In this document: piece after piece, positions 8,509 through 18,800 of the stretch
How positions within the stretch are numbered: position 1 is the first letter of the stretch
Layout: every line of letters starts with the position of its first letter
Origin: Dehalococcoidia bacterium
GTDB lineage: Bacteria; Chloroflexota; Dehalococcoidia; Plut-88900
Direction: 5' to 3'
Assembly: GCA_965197585.1 (NCBI GenBank)
Contig: OZ240215.1
Coordinates: forward strand, 2,112,001-2,176,000
Length of the DNA stretch: 64,000 nt
Program-made: the position numbers and the translations under genes
The notes under the pieces: generated by a model
Seen by the model: the letters and a program-made list of their open reading frames with translations, nothing else
What the model was told of the DNA's origin: nothing
The model's database searches: none

Positions 8509-8905
8509 CCAACGATTTCTGCTAGATGAGTCTTTAGTGCCTGTCGTAGCAAGAGCGCTTGAACTTGTAGGATATGCATTCGTTGACGCTGCCAGCGCCA
8601 TGGGACGTAAGGGTGCCACCGACCCCGAAATTATCAAGTGGTGCAGAGACTACAATGCCGTTTGGGTCCATGCCGATGATCGTGCCAAGAAACAACACAA
8701 AGTCTTATTGGAAACCAATGCCATAAGGACCCTGTGGGTCTACAGAAGCGGCGGCAAAATGAGTGGCAAAGAACAATTACGCATTTTGTCGTTTGTTCTA
8801 CCCAAACTTATAAGGAACTTTCAGGCTCGCCCCACGGATCGACACTACAGGGCAAACTCTGCGAATGAACAGGCCAAGATAAGCTTACGTCCGTTCCAGC
8901 TTTAG
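8444..8905 (+). CDS. PIN-like toxin (DUF5615/VapC45-like); start uncertain, possibly GTG 8477
   Basis: RFLLDESL, GATDPEII and HADD; directly follows the DUF433 gene. Confidence 0.75.
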   Translation: MTFHRTRCRQLVIGNLESDPYSQRFLLDESLVPVVARALELVGYAFVDAASAMGRKGATDPEIIKWCRDYNAVWVHADDRAKKQHKVLLETNAIRTLWVYRSGGKMSGKEQLRILSFVLPKLIRNFQARPTDRHYRANSANEQAKISLRPFQL

Positions 8906-8963
8906 CACTCAGTAAGCTTGGTTTTAGTCTTTTCAAGAACATCTGCATGACCGCAGTGCCCCC

Positions 8964-9776
8964 CTATCCCACCCCCCAGTCGATCCCATTACGCAGAATC
9001 TGCACGTACTCCTCGACATCCCAGCTGGCCCTGAACGCAGCTGGCATCGACGCCGGGTCCTCGACAGTTTCGTCGAAGGCGTGGTTGGTCTGGCTGGCAG
9101 GCGAGTGGCAGTGTCCCAGCGCAACATAGGCCACTCCGCCCTTGCCTATGTCCCTTGTATATCCCATGACCCGGGTCTTCCCGTCGGCCTGAAGTGACGT
9201 ATCTTCGTCGTAGACAAACCCGTAGCCAGAGTGGTCCGGTCCCAACTCCGCCGACAGGATCACGTTGGTCTCATTCGGGTGCTGGACCTCGATCATGTAC
9301 GGTTCGTCGATTGTCATGAAGGAAGAGGGGAGCCCGCGTGTCAAAGGGTTGTCCGCCCCCGACACGTCCACGCGGAATCTCCGGGTCTGCGGGTGGCTGA
9401 TGAAAAAGCTTCCGAGGGTGTCGTGGTGCTCGGACTTGATCATGCGCCTTCGGGTCTCACCCTCCACACGCTTAGCCTTGCCGCCACTGGTCCCGTGCAA
9501 CCCGACCCACCGGCCCCCGTCCTCCATCCACCGCCGCACCAACTGGTTCTGATCTCCGTCGAGGTGGGGCCCGGCAGTATAGGTGAGCATTAAGGCTGTG
9601 CCCGGAAGCCAGCGATGGATGTCGGTAAAGTCGTTGCCGACCGTAGCCTGCACACCCCTCTCTTCCAGCAACTCCAGGAGCCGGATACGGGCATAGTCCA
9701 TGTCGTGTCCCGCCAACGCCCCCACCGGATAGCCCCCAGTAATCATGTGCACACGGCCCGGCTGAACTTCTCTCAT
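8964..9776 (-). CDS. ThuA-like domain protein (class I glutamine amidotransferase-like fold)
   Basis: HDMD, GGRWVGLH, DEPY and GKGGVAYVALGH; GGAG before ATG 9776. Confidence 0.8.
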   Translation of the reverse strand: MREVQPGRVHMITGGYPVGALAGHDMDYARIRLLELLEERGVQATVGNDFTDIHRWLPGTALMLTYTAGPHLDGDQNQLVRRWMEDGGRWVGLHGTSGGKAKRVEGETRRRMIKSEHHDTLGSFFISHPQTRRFRVDVSGADNPLTRGLPSSFMTIDEPYMIEVQHPNETNVILSAELGPDHSGYGFVYDEDTSLQADGKTRVMGYTRDIGKGGVAYVALGHCHSPASQTNHAFDETVEDPASMPAAFRASWDVEEYVQILRNGIDWGVG

Positions 9777-9836
9777 TTCTCGCTCCTTACACACTCACTT
9801 CTCTACTATGGATACCGTTCACTTAGTCGGTCTCAT

Positions 9837-10200
9837 TCAGTCCGCAAGCTCTAAACTCGACTGTTTGAGAAGGTTGGCAATGGCAACTCGAAGATATGCT
9901 TCCATCCGGATGCCGCGGCGCCTGTGCGCGAGTTCCTGGAACAGCTCTGTTAGCAACTCTTCATCGGTGCGAGGTATGCCGTCCGACATGACCCATTGGA
10001 TAAGAGACATCAACTGCCCCTGAGTGTACTCAGTCACAGTCAGACCCTGCCGTACCGGGGGCCGAGGCCCTCGAGGAACGCCCTGCTTGATTGCTGGATC
10101 AGGTTGTTCTGGACTAGCTGAAGTTGCGATGATGAAACCCCGGTCCTGAGCGTCTCTTCTGTTACTTTGGGCCAGATATCCAGATGTCCACGCCCTCCGA
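9837..10200 (-). pseudogene. Probable orphan 3' fragment of a larger helicase/nuclease-type gene (or small hypothetical CDS 9837-10037)
   Basis: The frame stays open upstream of GTG 10037 to the acs stop with no good start. RGPRPPV..TEY..WVMSDGIPRTDEELL..RRRG resembles C-terminal tails I recall from large SF1-helicase/very-short-patch-endonuclease proteins (unverified). Confidence 0.35.
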
Positions 10201-10201
10201 C

Positions 10202-12106
10202 CTAGTCCTCCAGGGTCGTGATGTCTCCGGGGTCGAGGCCCAACTCCCGTGCCTTGAGCAGCCGACGCATGATCTTGCCCGACCGCGTCTTAGGCAGTAC
10301 GGGCGTGAAGTCTATCTCCGTAGGCACCGCTATCGGGCCCAGCTCCTTACGCACGTGGAGCTTCAACGCCTTAACCATTTCATCCGATCCCGACTCCCCC
10401 GCCCTCAGCGTCACGAACCCCTTGATCTGCTCGCCCTTTATCTCATCCGGCTTCCCGATTACCGCCGCCTCCGCCACCGCCGGGTGCGACACCAGCGCAC
10501 TCTCCACCTCCGCAGAACCTATCCGGTGTCCGGCCACGTTCAGAACGTCGTCGGCCCGCCCGACCACCATGTAATAGTTCTCCGCGTCCCGCAGTGCCAC
10601 GTCTCCCGAGAAGTAGACGCCGGGGATGGTGTTCCAGTCCTTGTCGTATCGTGATGCGTCGCCGTAGACGGTGCGGAAGAAGCTGGGGAAGGGCCGTTTG
10701 ATTACAAGAAATCCACCCTTGTCGGGCTCCGTGATCGGCACGCCCTCCCTGTCCACAATATCCATCTCGACCCCCGGTAGGGGCCTCCCGACTCGGCCCG
10801 GCTTCACCTTCATGATCGGCATGGTCCCCAGGCACGGGCCACCCGTCTCCGTCTGCCACCAGTTATCGACGATGTAGCCCCACTCTCCATTCCCGCACAG
10901 GTGCTCGTAGGCCCACTTCTGGGCCTCGGGGTTCAGGGGTTCGCCTGCGCAGGTCAGCAGGCGGAGGGAGCGAAGGTCGTAGTTCTTGGCGTAGTGCTCG
11001 CCGTAACGCATCAGCATCCGGAGAACAGTGGGCGCGGTGAACATGACGTTTACGCCATATTTTTCGATGACGTTGTAGAAGGCGCCGGGGTCCGGGTAGT
11101 CGGGTGCGCCTTCCTTGAACACCGTCGTCGCACCGTACAGAAGCGGCGCGTACACGATGTAGCTGTGCCCCACAACCCACCCGATGTCCGACGTACACCA
11201 GTAGACGTCGTCCTCTTTCATGTCCCAGAAGGCCCGGAAGTGGTAATACGTCCCGACCATAAAGCCGCCGTGGACGTGGAGCACCCCCTTAGGTTTCCCG
11301 GTAGTGCCGCTGGTGTAGAGGATGAACAAGGGGTCTTCGGCGTTCATCACCTCGGGTTCGCAGTCGACACCCCCGCTGGCCAGAAGCTCATCGAAGTCGA
11401 CCTCTTTCTCCATCAGGGGTGTGTCCTTCGTCTCCCGACGCCACACCACGATGTGCTTCAGATGGTCGATGTCTTTCGATGCTTCGTCGCTTATGCCTTT
11501 GAGGTCGACGGGCTTGCCACGCCTGTATCCGAAGTCCGCGGTTATCACTACCTTAGCCTCTGCATCTAGAATTCTCTGACGCAGCGCCCCGACGCTGAAT
11601 CCCGCGTACACCACGCTATGCACCGCCCCAATCCGGGCGCAGGCCAGCATGGATATCGCTCCCTCGGGAGTCAGTGGCATGTATATGATCACCTTGTCGC
11701 CCTTCCCGACCCCCAGGCTCCTCAGCCCATTGGCCATCCGGTTGACCAACTGGGCAAGCCGCCCGTAGGTGAGCACCTTCTCCGACCCGTCCTCCCCTAT
11801 CCACACGAAGGCCGCCTTATTTTTGCGGCCGTCTTTCAGATGCCGGTCCAGGCAGTTGTAAGTTATGTTGCATTCGCCGTCCGGGAACCACTTGAAGTTG
11901 GGGTAGTCCCATTCGAAAACCCGGGTCCAGGGTTTGTACCAGTCCAGCTCCGACGCCACCTCCGACCAGAACCCCTCAGGGTCTTCCGTGGAGCGTTTGT
12001 ACTCGCTTTCGTAGTCCTGAATGTTGGCGTTTTCAACCAGCCAGGCAGGCGGCTCTATCTCGCTCGTCTCCTGCAGCAGATGGTCGATCTGTCTTTGCTC
12101 TACCAC
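10202..12106 (-). CDS. acs: Acetyl-CoA synthetase
   Basis: YTSGTTGKPKG, DNWWQTETG, GRADDV and PKTRSGKIMRR. Confidence 0.95.
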   Translation of the reverse strand: MVEQRQIDHLLQETSEIEPPAWLVENANIQDYESEYKRSTEDPEGFWSEVASELDWYKPWTRVFEWDYPNFKWFPDGECNITYNCLDRHLKDGRKNKAAFVWIGEDGSEKVLTYGRLAQLVNRMANGLRSLGVGKGDKVIIYMPLTPEGAISMLACARIGAVHSVVYAGFSVGALRQRILDAEAKVVITADFGYRRGKPVDLKGISDEASKDIDHLKHIVVWRRETKDTPLMEKEVDFDELLASGGVDCEPEVMNAEDPLFILYTSGTTGKPKGVLHVHGGFMVGTYYHFRAFWDMKEDDVYWCTSDIGWVVGHSYIVYAPLLYGATTVFKEGAPDYPDPGAFYNVIEKYGVNVMFTAPTVLRMLMRYGEHYAKNYDLRSLRLLTCAGEPLNPEAQKWAYEHLCGNGEWGYIVDNWWQTETGGPCLGTMPIMKVKPGRVGRPLPGVEMDIVDREGVPITEPDKGGFLVIKRPFPSFFRTVYGDASRYDKDWNTIPGVYFSGDVALRDAENYYMVVGRADDVLNVAGHRIGSAEVESALVSHPAVAEAAVIGKPDEIKGEQIKGFVTLRAGESGSDEMVKALKLHVRKELGPIAVPTEIDFTPVLPKTRSGKIMRRLLKARELGLDPGDITTLED

Positions 12107-12271
12107 AATCTCTCTCCCGTTCAGGCAGGATTAAAAGGGCCTTAAAAAGGCCGCAAAAGAGTCCGTGACATGTTAGCAGTTATCAGAGGTGCGCGAAACG
12201 GGCAGGACTACCACCCCCCGCCCCACTACTGATAATATGTTCCCACACCCCACCAAGTTCAGGAGGCTCAC

Positions 12272-13228
12272 ATGTCCGATAAAAATGTAGGCATTGTTAA
12301 CGTACCCGGCGACCCCCGAGCTATCGTGGACGGCATCAAAGAACTCGAAAATGCCGGAATCCCCGCCGTCTGGCTCACCACCGGCGCCCCCGGAGCCGAC
12401 GCCCTTACCATCTTCTCCGCAGCCGCCGCCATCACTGACTCCATAAAGATGGGCACCGCAATCACCCCCACTTGGGGCCAGCACCCGGTCTATTCCGTCC
12501 AACAGATCCAGGTCATCGCCAACCTGGCGCCCGGCAGGCTCCGGTTCGGAGTAGGGCCCAGCGGCAAGGGCGGGATGATCAAGACCTACGGCGCCGACTT
12601 CCGGCAGCCCGTGACGAACATGCGGGAGTACATTCAGGTCGCTAAGTCGCTGCTTCAGAATGGAGAGGTCAATTTCGATGGAAGCCAGTACCGGGCCCGA
12701 GCCAGGATCAGCCCCTCCATACCAGACGTCCCGGTCATCGGCTCGGCCTTGGGCACGGGTGCATTCCGAGCCTGCGGAGAGGTCGCCGATGGTGCGATAA
12801 GCTGGCTCTGCCCGCCTCCCTACCTCAAGAACTACGGTCTACCCGCATTGAAAGCGGGTGCTCGCAACGCCGACCGCCCCACCCCACCCCTCTTCGCCCA
12901 CTTCGTGACCTGCCTTCACGAAGACATCGACGAAGTGCGGGCCGCCGTCCGGCAGGACTTCACCTACTTCGCCTCCGCCGAGTTCTACATCAACATGTTC
13001 GCAGCCGCCGGGTTCCCGGGAGTCAGCCGGGAGACGGGCCTCTCGGACGAGTTGATCGACTCCTTTACTTTCTACGGAGACCAGAACGCCATCGCCTCCA
13101 GCATTCAGGGGCTCTTTGATGACGGCGCCGGCGAAGTCTACGCATCCATCGTCACCCCGGGCCCCGACGCCAAAGCTTCCAGGCAGCGCACCGTGGCCGC
13201 ACTCAGCGAGATCAACAAGGGCCTATAG
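12272..13228 (+). CDS. Luciferase-like (LLM) flavin/F420-dependent oxidoreductase
   Basis: GTAITPT, APGRLRFGVG, MREY and GEVADG. Confidence 0.9.
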   Translation: MSDKNVGIVNVPGDPRAIVDGIKELENAGIPAVWLTTGAPGADALTIFSAAAAITDSIKMGTAITPTWGQHPVYSVQQIQVIANLAPGRLRFGVGPSGKGGMIKTYGADFRQPVTNMREYIQVAKSLLQNGEVNFDGSQYRARARISPSIPDVPVIGSALGTGAFRACGEVADGAISWLCPPPYLKNYGLPALKAGARNADRPTPPLFAHFVTCLHEDIDEVRAAVRQDFTYFASAEFYINMFAAAGFPGVSRETGLSDELIDSFTFYGDQNAIASSIQGLFDDGAGEVYASIVTPGPDAKASRQRTVAALSEINKGL

Positions 13229-13284
13229 ACGAGCCCGGTTAGGCGGGAGTCGGGAGCCTAATCCACAGAGGAAGGAGGACCCTC

Positions 13285-14940
13285 ATGTCAGACACGCCCA
13301 TGAACATGCAGGACTACGAAGAGACATACGCCTCCTTCCGGCTGGACGTGCCGGAGTTCTACAACTTCGCCTTCGACGTGGTCGACAAATGGGCCGAGGA
13401 CCGCACCAAGCTCGCACTCCTGACCATCGATTCCGACGGCCAAAGCGCCGAACATCACACCTTCTGGGACCTGAAAGTCCAGTCCAACCGGTTCGCCAAA
13501 ATCCTCCGGGCCCAGGGGATTAAGAAAGGCGACCGTGCCTTCCTCATGCTCCCACGCAACCCCGAGTGGTACGTCGCGCTTCTCGGAATGATCAAGCTCG
13601 GGGTGCTGCCGATGCCCGCTACCACTATGTGCACCCCTAAGGACATCGAGTACCGTATCAACGCCTCTGACGCTGCCATAGTCATAACGGACGTCGAGAA
13701 TGCCTCGAAGGTAGACCAGGTCGCCGGGCAATGCCCTTCCCTCAAGCGCCTCATGACCACCCGCGGCAGCAGGACCGGCTGGCTCTGCTATGACGACGAG
13801 ATGGCTCAGGCCTCACCTTATCTCGAAGATGTCGAGCCCACCCGCAGCGACGACCCGCTCATGGTCTATTTCACCTCCGGCACCGTGGGTTACCCCAAGA
13901 TGGTGCTCCACACCCAGGCTTCCTACGGCATTGCCCACGTCATCACCGCCAAGTTCTGGCACGACCTCCGCTCAACCGACATGCAGTGGACAATCTCCGA
14001 CACCGGTTGGGCCAAGACCGCCTACGGCAAGCTCTTCGGACAGTGGACCCAGGGCGCTACGGTCGTCCAGCACGACGCCAAGGGCCGCTTCGGCCCCAAG
14101 GTCACGCTCAACATCCTCGGTAAGTTCGGCGTCACCTCCTTCTGCGCCCCGCCGACCGTATACCGGCTCCTGGTCCTCGAAGACCTGCAAAAATATGACC
14201 TCTCGGGCCTGCGGCACTGCACCAGCGCCGGCGAGCCGCTTAACCCGGAGGTCATCAAGCAGTGGCAGGACGGCACGGGCCTCACCATCTACGACGGATA
14301 TGGTCAGACCGAGTCGGTCCTTCTCGTCGGCAACTACCGGTGCATGCCCGTCATCCCCGGCTCGATGGGCAAGCCGACGCCCGGCTTCCTGGTTTCCATT
14401 GTCAACGAAGAGGGCGTCGAGCTTCCGACTGGAGAGGAAGGTCAGATCGCCGTGCGCGTCAAACCGGAACGACCCGTCGGGCTGTTCCGCGAGTACTGGC
14501 GCAACGAGGAGACCACTCGGGGCGTCTTCCAGGGCGACTGGTATTACACCGGCGACAAGGCTTACAAGGACGAGAACGGCTACTACTATTTCGTTGGTAG
14601 GGCCGACGACGTGATAATCTCCGCCGGGTACCGGATCGGCCCCTTCGAGGTCGAGAGCGCGCTCATTGAACACCCGGCGGTTGCGGAGTCCGCGGTCGTG
14701 GCCAGCCCTCACCCCGTCCGAGGTGATATCGTCAAGGCATTCGTGATCCTGAGCCCCGGCCACGTCCCCTCAGACGAGCTGGTTATCAGCCTCCAGGACC
14801 ACGTCAAGCAGTCCACCGCCCCCTATAAGTACCCCCGTGAGATAGAGTTCGTCACCGAGCTTCCCAAAACCATCAGCGGGAAAATACGCCGCGTCGAGCT
14901 ACGGCAACGTGAGCTCCAACGTTACGCCAAAGATGTCTAG
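13285..14940 (+). CDS. Medium-chain acyl-CoA synthetase (ACSM-like AMP-binding)
   Basis: YFTSGTVGYPK, YGQTES, APYKYPR and PKTISGKIRR. Confidence 0.93.
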   Translation: MSDTPMNMQDYEETYASFRLDVPEFYNFAFDVVDKWAEDRTKLALLTIDSDGQSAEHHTFWDLKVQSNRFAKILRAQGIKKGDRAFLMLPRNPEWYVALLGMIKLGVLPMPATTMCTPKDIEYRINASDAAIVITDVENASKVDQVAGQCPSLKRLMTTRGSRTGWLCYDDEMAQASPYLEDVEPTRSDDPLMVYFTSGTVGYPKMVLHTQASYGIAHVITAKFWHDLRSTDMQWTISDTGWAKTAYGKLFGQWTQGATVVQHDAKGRFGPKVTLNILGKFGVTSFCAPPTVYRLLVLEDLQKYDLSGLRHCTSAGEPLNPEVIKQWQDGTGLTIYDGYGQTESVLLVGNYRCMPVIPGSMGKPTPGFLVSIVNEEGVELPTGEEGQIAVRVKPERPVGLFREYWRNEETTRGVFQGDWYYTGDKAYKDENGYYYFVGRADDVIISAGYRIGPFEVESALIEHPAVAESAVVASPHPVRGDIVKAFVILSPGHVPSDELVISLQDHVKQSTAPYKYPREIEFVTELPKTISGKIRRVELRQRELQRYAKDV

Positions 14941-14989
14941 CCGCCCACATTCAGGCTTATAATCGCTTCACCCTAACCGGGAGGACGCC

Positions 14990-16237
14990 ATGACCCCCGA
15001 GACCAGCCCTTTAGTGCCCGAGACTTTCGGCCCTCTCCAGGGCGTCAAGATCCTGTCCAGCGGCACCATTATCGCCCAGCCCTTCGCCGCTCTCCTCGCC
15101 GCCGAAATGGGGGCTGAAGTCATCCAGATCGAGCGGCCCGGACAGGGCGACCTGGTCTGGCGCAACCTGGAATTTCCCCTGGAAGGCCCCAATGGAGTGA
15201 AGACCGCCAGTGCCTGGGTGCAGGAACGGCGCAACATGTTCCACGTCTCCCTGGACCTGTCCAGGCCCGAGGGTAAGGAGATTTTCCTCAAGCTCGTTGC
15301 CCGGTCCGACATCTGGATGGAGTCCTCCAAGCCCGGCGCCTACCAGAAGTGGGGCCTAGACGACGAAACCGTTCTGAAGGCCAACCCGAAGCTCGTCATA
15401 TGTCATGTGTCGGGCTATGGCCAAGAGGGTCATCCCGACTACCTAGGCCGCGCTTCCTATGACTTCGTTGGCCAGGGCTTTGGAGGCATGATGCACCTCA
15501 CCGGATTCCCGGAACCCGAGCCTCCCGTCCGTGCCGTCCCCTGGACCGCCGACTACATCACCGCCGGCTTCTGTCTCTGGTCTTCCCTCGCTGGATACAT
15601 CCACGCCCAGCGCACAGGGCAGGGGCAGGTCATCGACCTCGCCCAGTACGAGGCCATCCACAAGACCCTCGCAGGGACTATGGTCGCCTACTACGAGATG
15701 GGTCTGAACCGAGGCCGCTCCGGCAACAAGGCCGGCCTCTTCCAGCCATACGACGTGTTCCATGCCAAGGACGGCTGGGTCATCATCGCCGCCGTGGGCA
15801 CTCCCTACGACCGCGTGTGCGGCGTGCTGGGCCTCGACCCGAAAGAAGAGAAGTGGCAGAAGGCCCACCAGGGCGTCTACACCCCCGAGGGCCTGGAGTT
15901 CGACGCCATCCTCCGCGCCTGGGCAGAAGAACGCACCGTCCAGCAGATAGTCGACACTATGAACGAGGCCCAGGTCGCTGCCTGCCCGATCATGACCCCC
16001 GAGGACACCGCCAAAGACCTCCATTACGAGTTGCGGGACATGCACGTGGAGTGGGAAGACGTGCAGCTTAATCGTAAGGTGAAGGGCACGGGGGTCGTGC
16101 CCAAGTTCTCGGAGACGCCCGGTAAGATCTGGCGGGGTTCAGTAGCTCTCGGCCACGACAACGAGCTCATCTTCTCCAAGCTGCTGGACCTCAGTTCCGA
16201 TGAAATTGCAGCCCTAAAACAGGAAGGTATAACTTAG
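14990..16237 (+). CDS. Family III CoA-transferase, CaiB/BaiF subfamily
   Basis: FGPLQGV, NPKLVICHVSGYGQ and PWTADY (catalytic Asp, compare CaiB PYTADY). Confidence 0.9.
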   Translation: MTPETSPLVPETFGPLQGVKILSSGTIIAQPFAALLAAEMGAEVIQIERPGQGDLVWRNLEFPLEGPNGVKTASAWVQERRNMFHVSLDLSRPEGKEIFLKLVARSDIWMESSKPGAYQKWGLDDETVLKANPKLVICHVSGYGQEGHPDYLGRASYDFVGQGFGGMMHLTGFPEPEPPVRAVPWTADYITAGFCLWSSLAGYIHAQRTGQGQVIDLAQYEAIHKTLAGTMVAYYEMGLNRGRSGNKAGLFQPYDVFHAKDGWVIIAAVGTPYDRVCGVLGLDPKEEKWQKAHQGVYTPEGLEFDAILRAWAEERTVQQIVDTMNEAQVAACPIMTPEDTAKDLHYELRDMHVEWEDVQLNRKVKGTGVVPKFSETPGKIWRGSVALGHDNELIFSKLLDLSSDEIAALKQEGIT

Positions 16238-16245
16238 GATTTACC

Positions 16246-17007
16246 ATGCCGGACGCCACCCGACTCGACAATCAAGTTGCCATAGTCACCGGCGCCGCCC
16301 GAGGCATAGGCCGCGGCATCGCCCTCGTCCTCGCCGAAGCCGGAGCTTCGATAGTCATCGGTGACCTTTTAGACTCATCGGAGACCGTTCGCTTAGTTGA
16401 AGACCTCGAAGGAAAGGCTGTCTCCATGCAGATGGACACCAGCCGCCCTCAGGACGCTCAGGCCCTAGTAGACCTTGCCCTTAACACCTTCGGACGGCTG
16501 GACATTCTGGTCAACGACGCCGGAATAGATGCCCCCGACGGCAACGCCTGGGACCTCCCCGACGAAGAATGGACGCGTGTCATTGACGTGAACCTGAGTG
16601 GCGTCTTCTATTGCTCCAAGGCCGCCCTCCAGCCCATGCTCAAGGTGGGTAGCGGTGCGATTGTCAACATCTCTTCCCAGTCGGCGCGCATCGGGTCCAA
16701 GGGAATGTCCCCTGCCTACAACACCTCCAAAGCAGGCGTCCTCGGACTCACAATGGCCTTCTCCGCCCACGTAGCCGACAAAGGCGTGCGGGTCAACGCC
16801 GTGACCCCCGGCCTCGTCCGGTCCAAGGAGTTTGGCTGGTCCAAGGAAGAGGACGATGGAAAGACCGCCGAGTACCCCTTGGGCCTCGGCGCGCCCAGGG
16901 ACATCGGTGAGGCCGTCAGATACCTCGCCAGCCCCGCGTCCCGATGGGTCTCGGGCACCGCTCTCCACATCGCCGGCGGCTATCAAAAAGGGGCAAGCTG
17001 GTTCTAG
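16246..17007 (+). CDS. Short-chain dehydrogenase/reductase
   Basis: TGAARGIG, NDAG and YNTSK. Confidence 0.93.
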   Translation: MPDATRLDNQVAIVTGAARGIGRGIALVLAEAGASIVIGDLLDSSETVRLVEDLEGKAVSMQMDTSRPQDAQALVDLALNTFGRLDILVNDAGIDAPDGNAWDLPDEEWTRVIDVNLSGVFYCSKAALQPMLKVGSGAIVNISSQSARIGSKGMSPAYNTSKAGVLGLTMAFSAHVADKGVRVNAVTPGLVRSKEFGWSKEEDDGKTAEYPLGLGAPRDIGEAVRYLASPASRWVSGTALHIAGGYQKGASWF

Positions 17008-17036
17008 CCCGACCAGTCCTAAAGGAAAACTGCACC

Positions 17037-17684
17037 ATGTCAACTCAGGACACTCCAATGAGCAGCCCAGAAACATCGAAACAGGGGATCATCTATCTTC
17101 TGGAAAACCCAGCCTTTGAGTCTCCTGTGATAAAAATCGGAAAAACCAAAAGAGAGGAATGGCGTAAGCGGATTAATGAACTTAACACCAGTGTGCCGCT
17201 ACCTTTTATCTGCTATCGCGCTTCTCGGGTTGATGACGCCGACAGAGTCGAGAAAATCCTACACGACGTTTTTCACCCAGCCAAACGACATTGGAGAGGT
17301 GAATTTTTCGAAGTTGAGCCATGGCGCATTTTGTTGGTGTTAGAAAAATATGAGATCGAAAACTTAACTGAGTCCGCACCTAAACCATCTGAAGAAGACT
17401 GGACGTTAATCAGTGCAGCAGTCCAAGAAAAGGATAAGCGGGAGACAGCCACTTTCAAAAGGCTCGGTATACAAATTGGCGAGAAGCTGACACTATTGGA
17501 TAATCCAGAGATTCAGTGTGAGGTCGTCGACGAAAAGACCGGTGTTCTCTATGAAGGCACGCAACACGCTTTAACCACACTAACTCAACAGGTGGGAAGG
17601 AGTTATATGAGGCAGGGAATAAGGTGCTGGACATATAAGGACGAGACTCTTCTGGAAAGACGAGATCGCATGCATGGGAACTAG
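17037..17684 (+). CDS. T5orf172 / GIY-YIG-like domain protein
   Basis: GIIYLLEN, IKIGKT, TSVPLPF, EKILH and EFF; AT-richer than its flanks. Confidence 0.8.
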   Translation: MSTQDTPMSSPETSKQGIIYLLENPAFESPVIKIGKTKREEWRKRINELNTSVPLPFICYRASRVDDADRVEKILHDVFHPAKRHWRGEFFEVEPWRILLVLEKYEIENLTESAPKPSEEDWTLISAAVQEKDKRETATFKRLGIQIGEKLTLLDNPEIQCEVVDEKTGVLYEGTQHALTTLTQQVGRSYMRQGIRCWTYKDETLLERRDRMHGN

Positions 17685-17741
17685 ATAGCGTCGTAACGTA
17701 GCTAAAGGAAATCGAACCGGTCAGTCAAAGGAAAACCCACC

Positions 17742-18716
17742 ATGACAACCTCCTTCCCGACCAAGGATTCCCTCCGCATCTGCTTCGCCCACGTCGCCTA
17801 CGCTCTCTCCGACACCTTCCAGAAGCGCGGCACAGGCATCTCCGATTTCCAGGTCTGGGACAACGACTCCCTCAAAGCCCGCTCCGACTATGATGTTCTT
17901 GTAATCTCCGGACTCTGGAACAACGACATCCTGTCCAGCGCCCCCGACCTCCGCTTCATCCAGTCCATCGGCGCGGGCTACGACCAATTCCCCCTAGACG
18001 AGCTCCGCAGCCGGGGCATCCGGCTCGCCAACGCCAGCGGTGTCAACAAGAACGCCGTAAGCGAGCACACCTTCTCTCTGATCCTCTCCCTGACTCGCCA
18101 CCTGAAGTCGGGAGTGAGAAACCAGCGCGCCCATTTCTGGCGAGGCATGATCTCCGAAATACCAAAGCGGGAGGACGAGCTGGCAGGCAAGACCATGGGC
18201 ATCGTGGGAATGGGGGCCATCGGGTCCCGGGTTGCAAAGATAGCCAAGGCATTCGACATGACCGTCCTCGCCACCAAGCGAAACCCCGCCACCGCCCAGG
18301 GCCCCGCCGACAAGGTAGTCACTCCCGACCACATCGACGGTCTGCTCACCGAATCCGACTTCCTTGTCCTAACCTGTTCCCTGAACGACCAGACCCGCGG
18401 CCTCATCAACTCCGGCTCCCTCTCCCGCATGAAGCCCACCGCCTGCCTTATCAACATGGCCAGAGGCGGATGCGTCGACGAAGGGGCCTTGGTGAACGCC
18501 CTGAACAGCGGCGTAATCGCTGGTGCGGGCCTGGACGTCGTCGAGCAGGAACCCCTCCCCGACGATAGCCCGTTGTGGGACATGGACAACGTAGTCCTCA
18601 CCCCTCACACCGGCGGCGAGACCCAGGCCTACGAGGACAATGTCATCGACATCCTCCTCGAAAACGTCAACCGCCTCACCTCCGGCCAATCCAACCTCTT
18701 CAATCACGTCCTTTAG
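17742..18716 (+). CDS. D-isomer-specific 2-hydroxyacid dehydrogenase
   Basis: GMGAIG, INMARG, LDV..EP and TPHTGG. Confidence 0.92.
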   Translation: MTTSFPTKDSLRICFAHVAYALSDTFQKRGTGISDFQVWDNDSLKARSDYDVLVISGLWNNDILSSAPDLRFIQSIGAGYDQFPLDELRSRGIRLANASGVNKNAVSEHTFSLILSLTRHLKSGVRNQRAHFWRGMISEIPKREDELAGKTMGIVGMGAIGSRVAKIAKAFDMTVLATKRNPATAQGPADKVVTPDHIDGLLTESDFLVLTCSLNDQTRGLINSGSLSRMKPTACLINMARGGCVDEGALVNALNSGVIAGAGLDVVEQEPLPDDSPLWDMDNVVLTPHTGGETQAYEDNVIDILLENVNRLTSGQSNLFNHVL

Positions 18717-18731
18717 CGTCCAACTGGCCCA

Positions 18732-18776
18732 AAAGACAATCGGGGCGTCGGCAAAGCCGACGCCCCGATTGTCTTT
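18732..18776. terminator. Bidirectional terminator between convergent genes
   Basis: Perfect 21-bp inverted repeat AAAGACAATCGGGGCGTCGGC-aaa-GCCGACGCCCCGATTGTCTTT. Confidence 0.8.
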
Positions 18777-18800
18777 CCTAAGAAGAGTGTCGTTCCTGGG

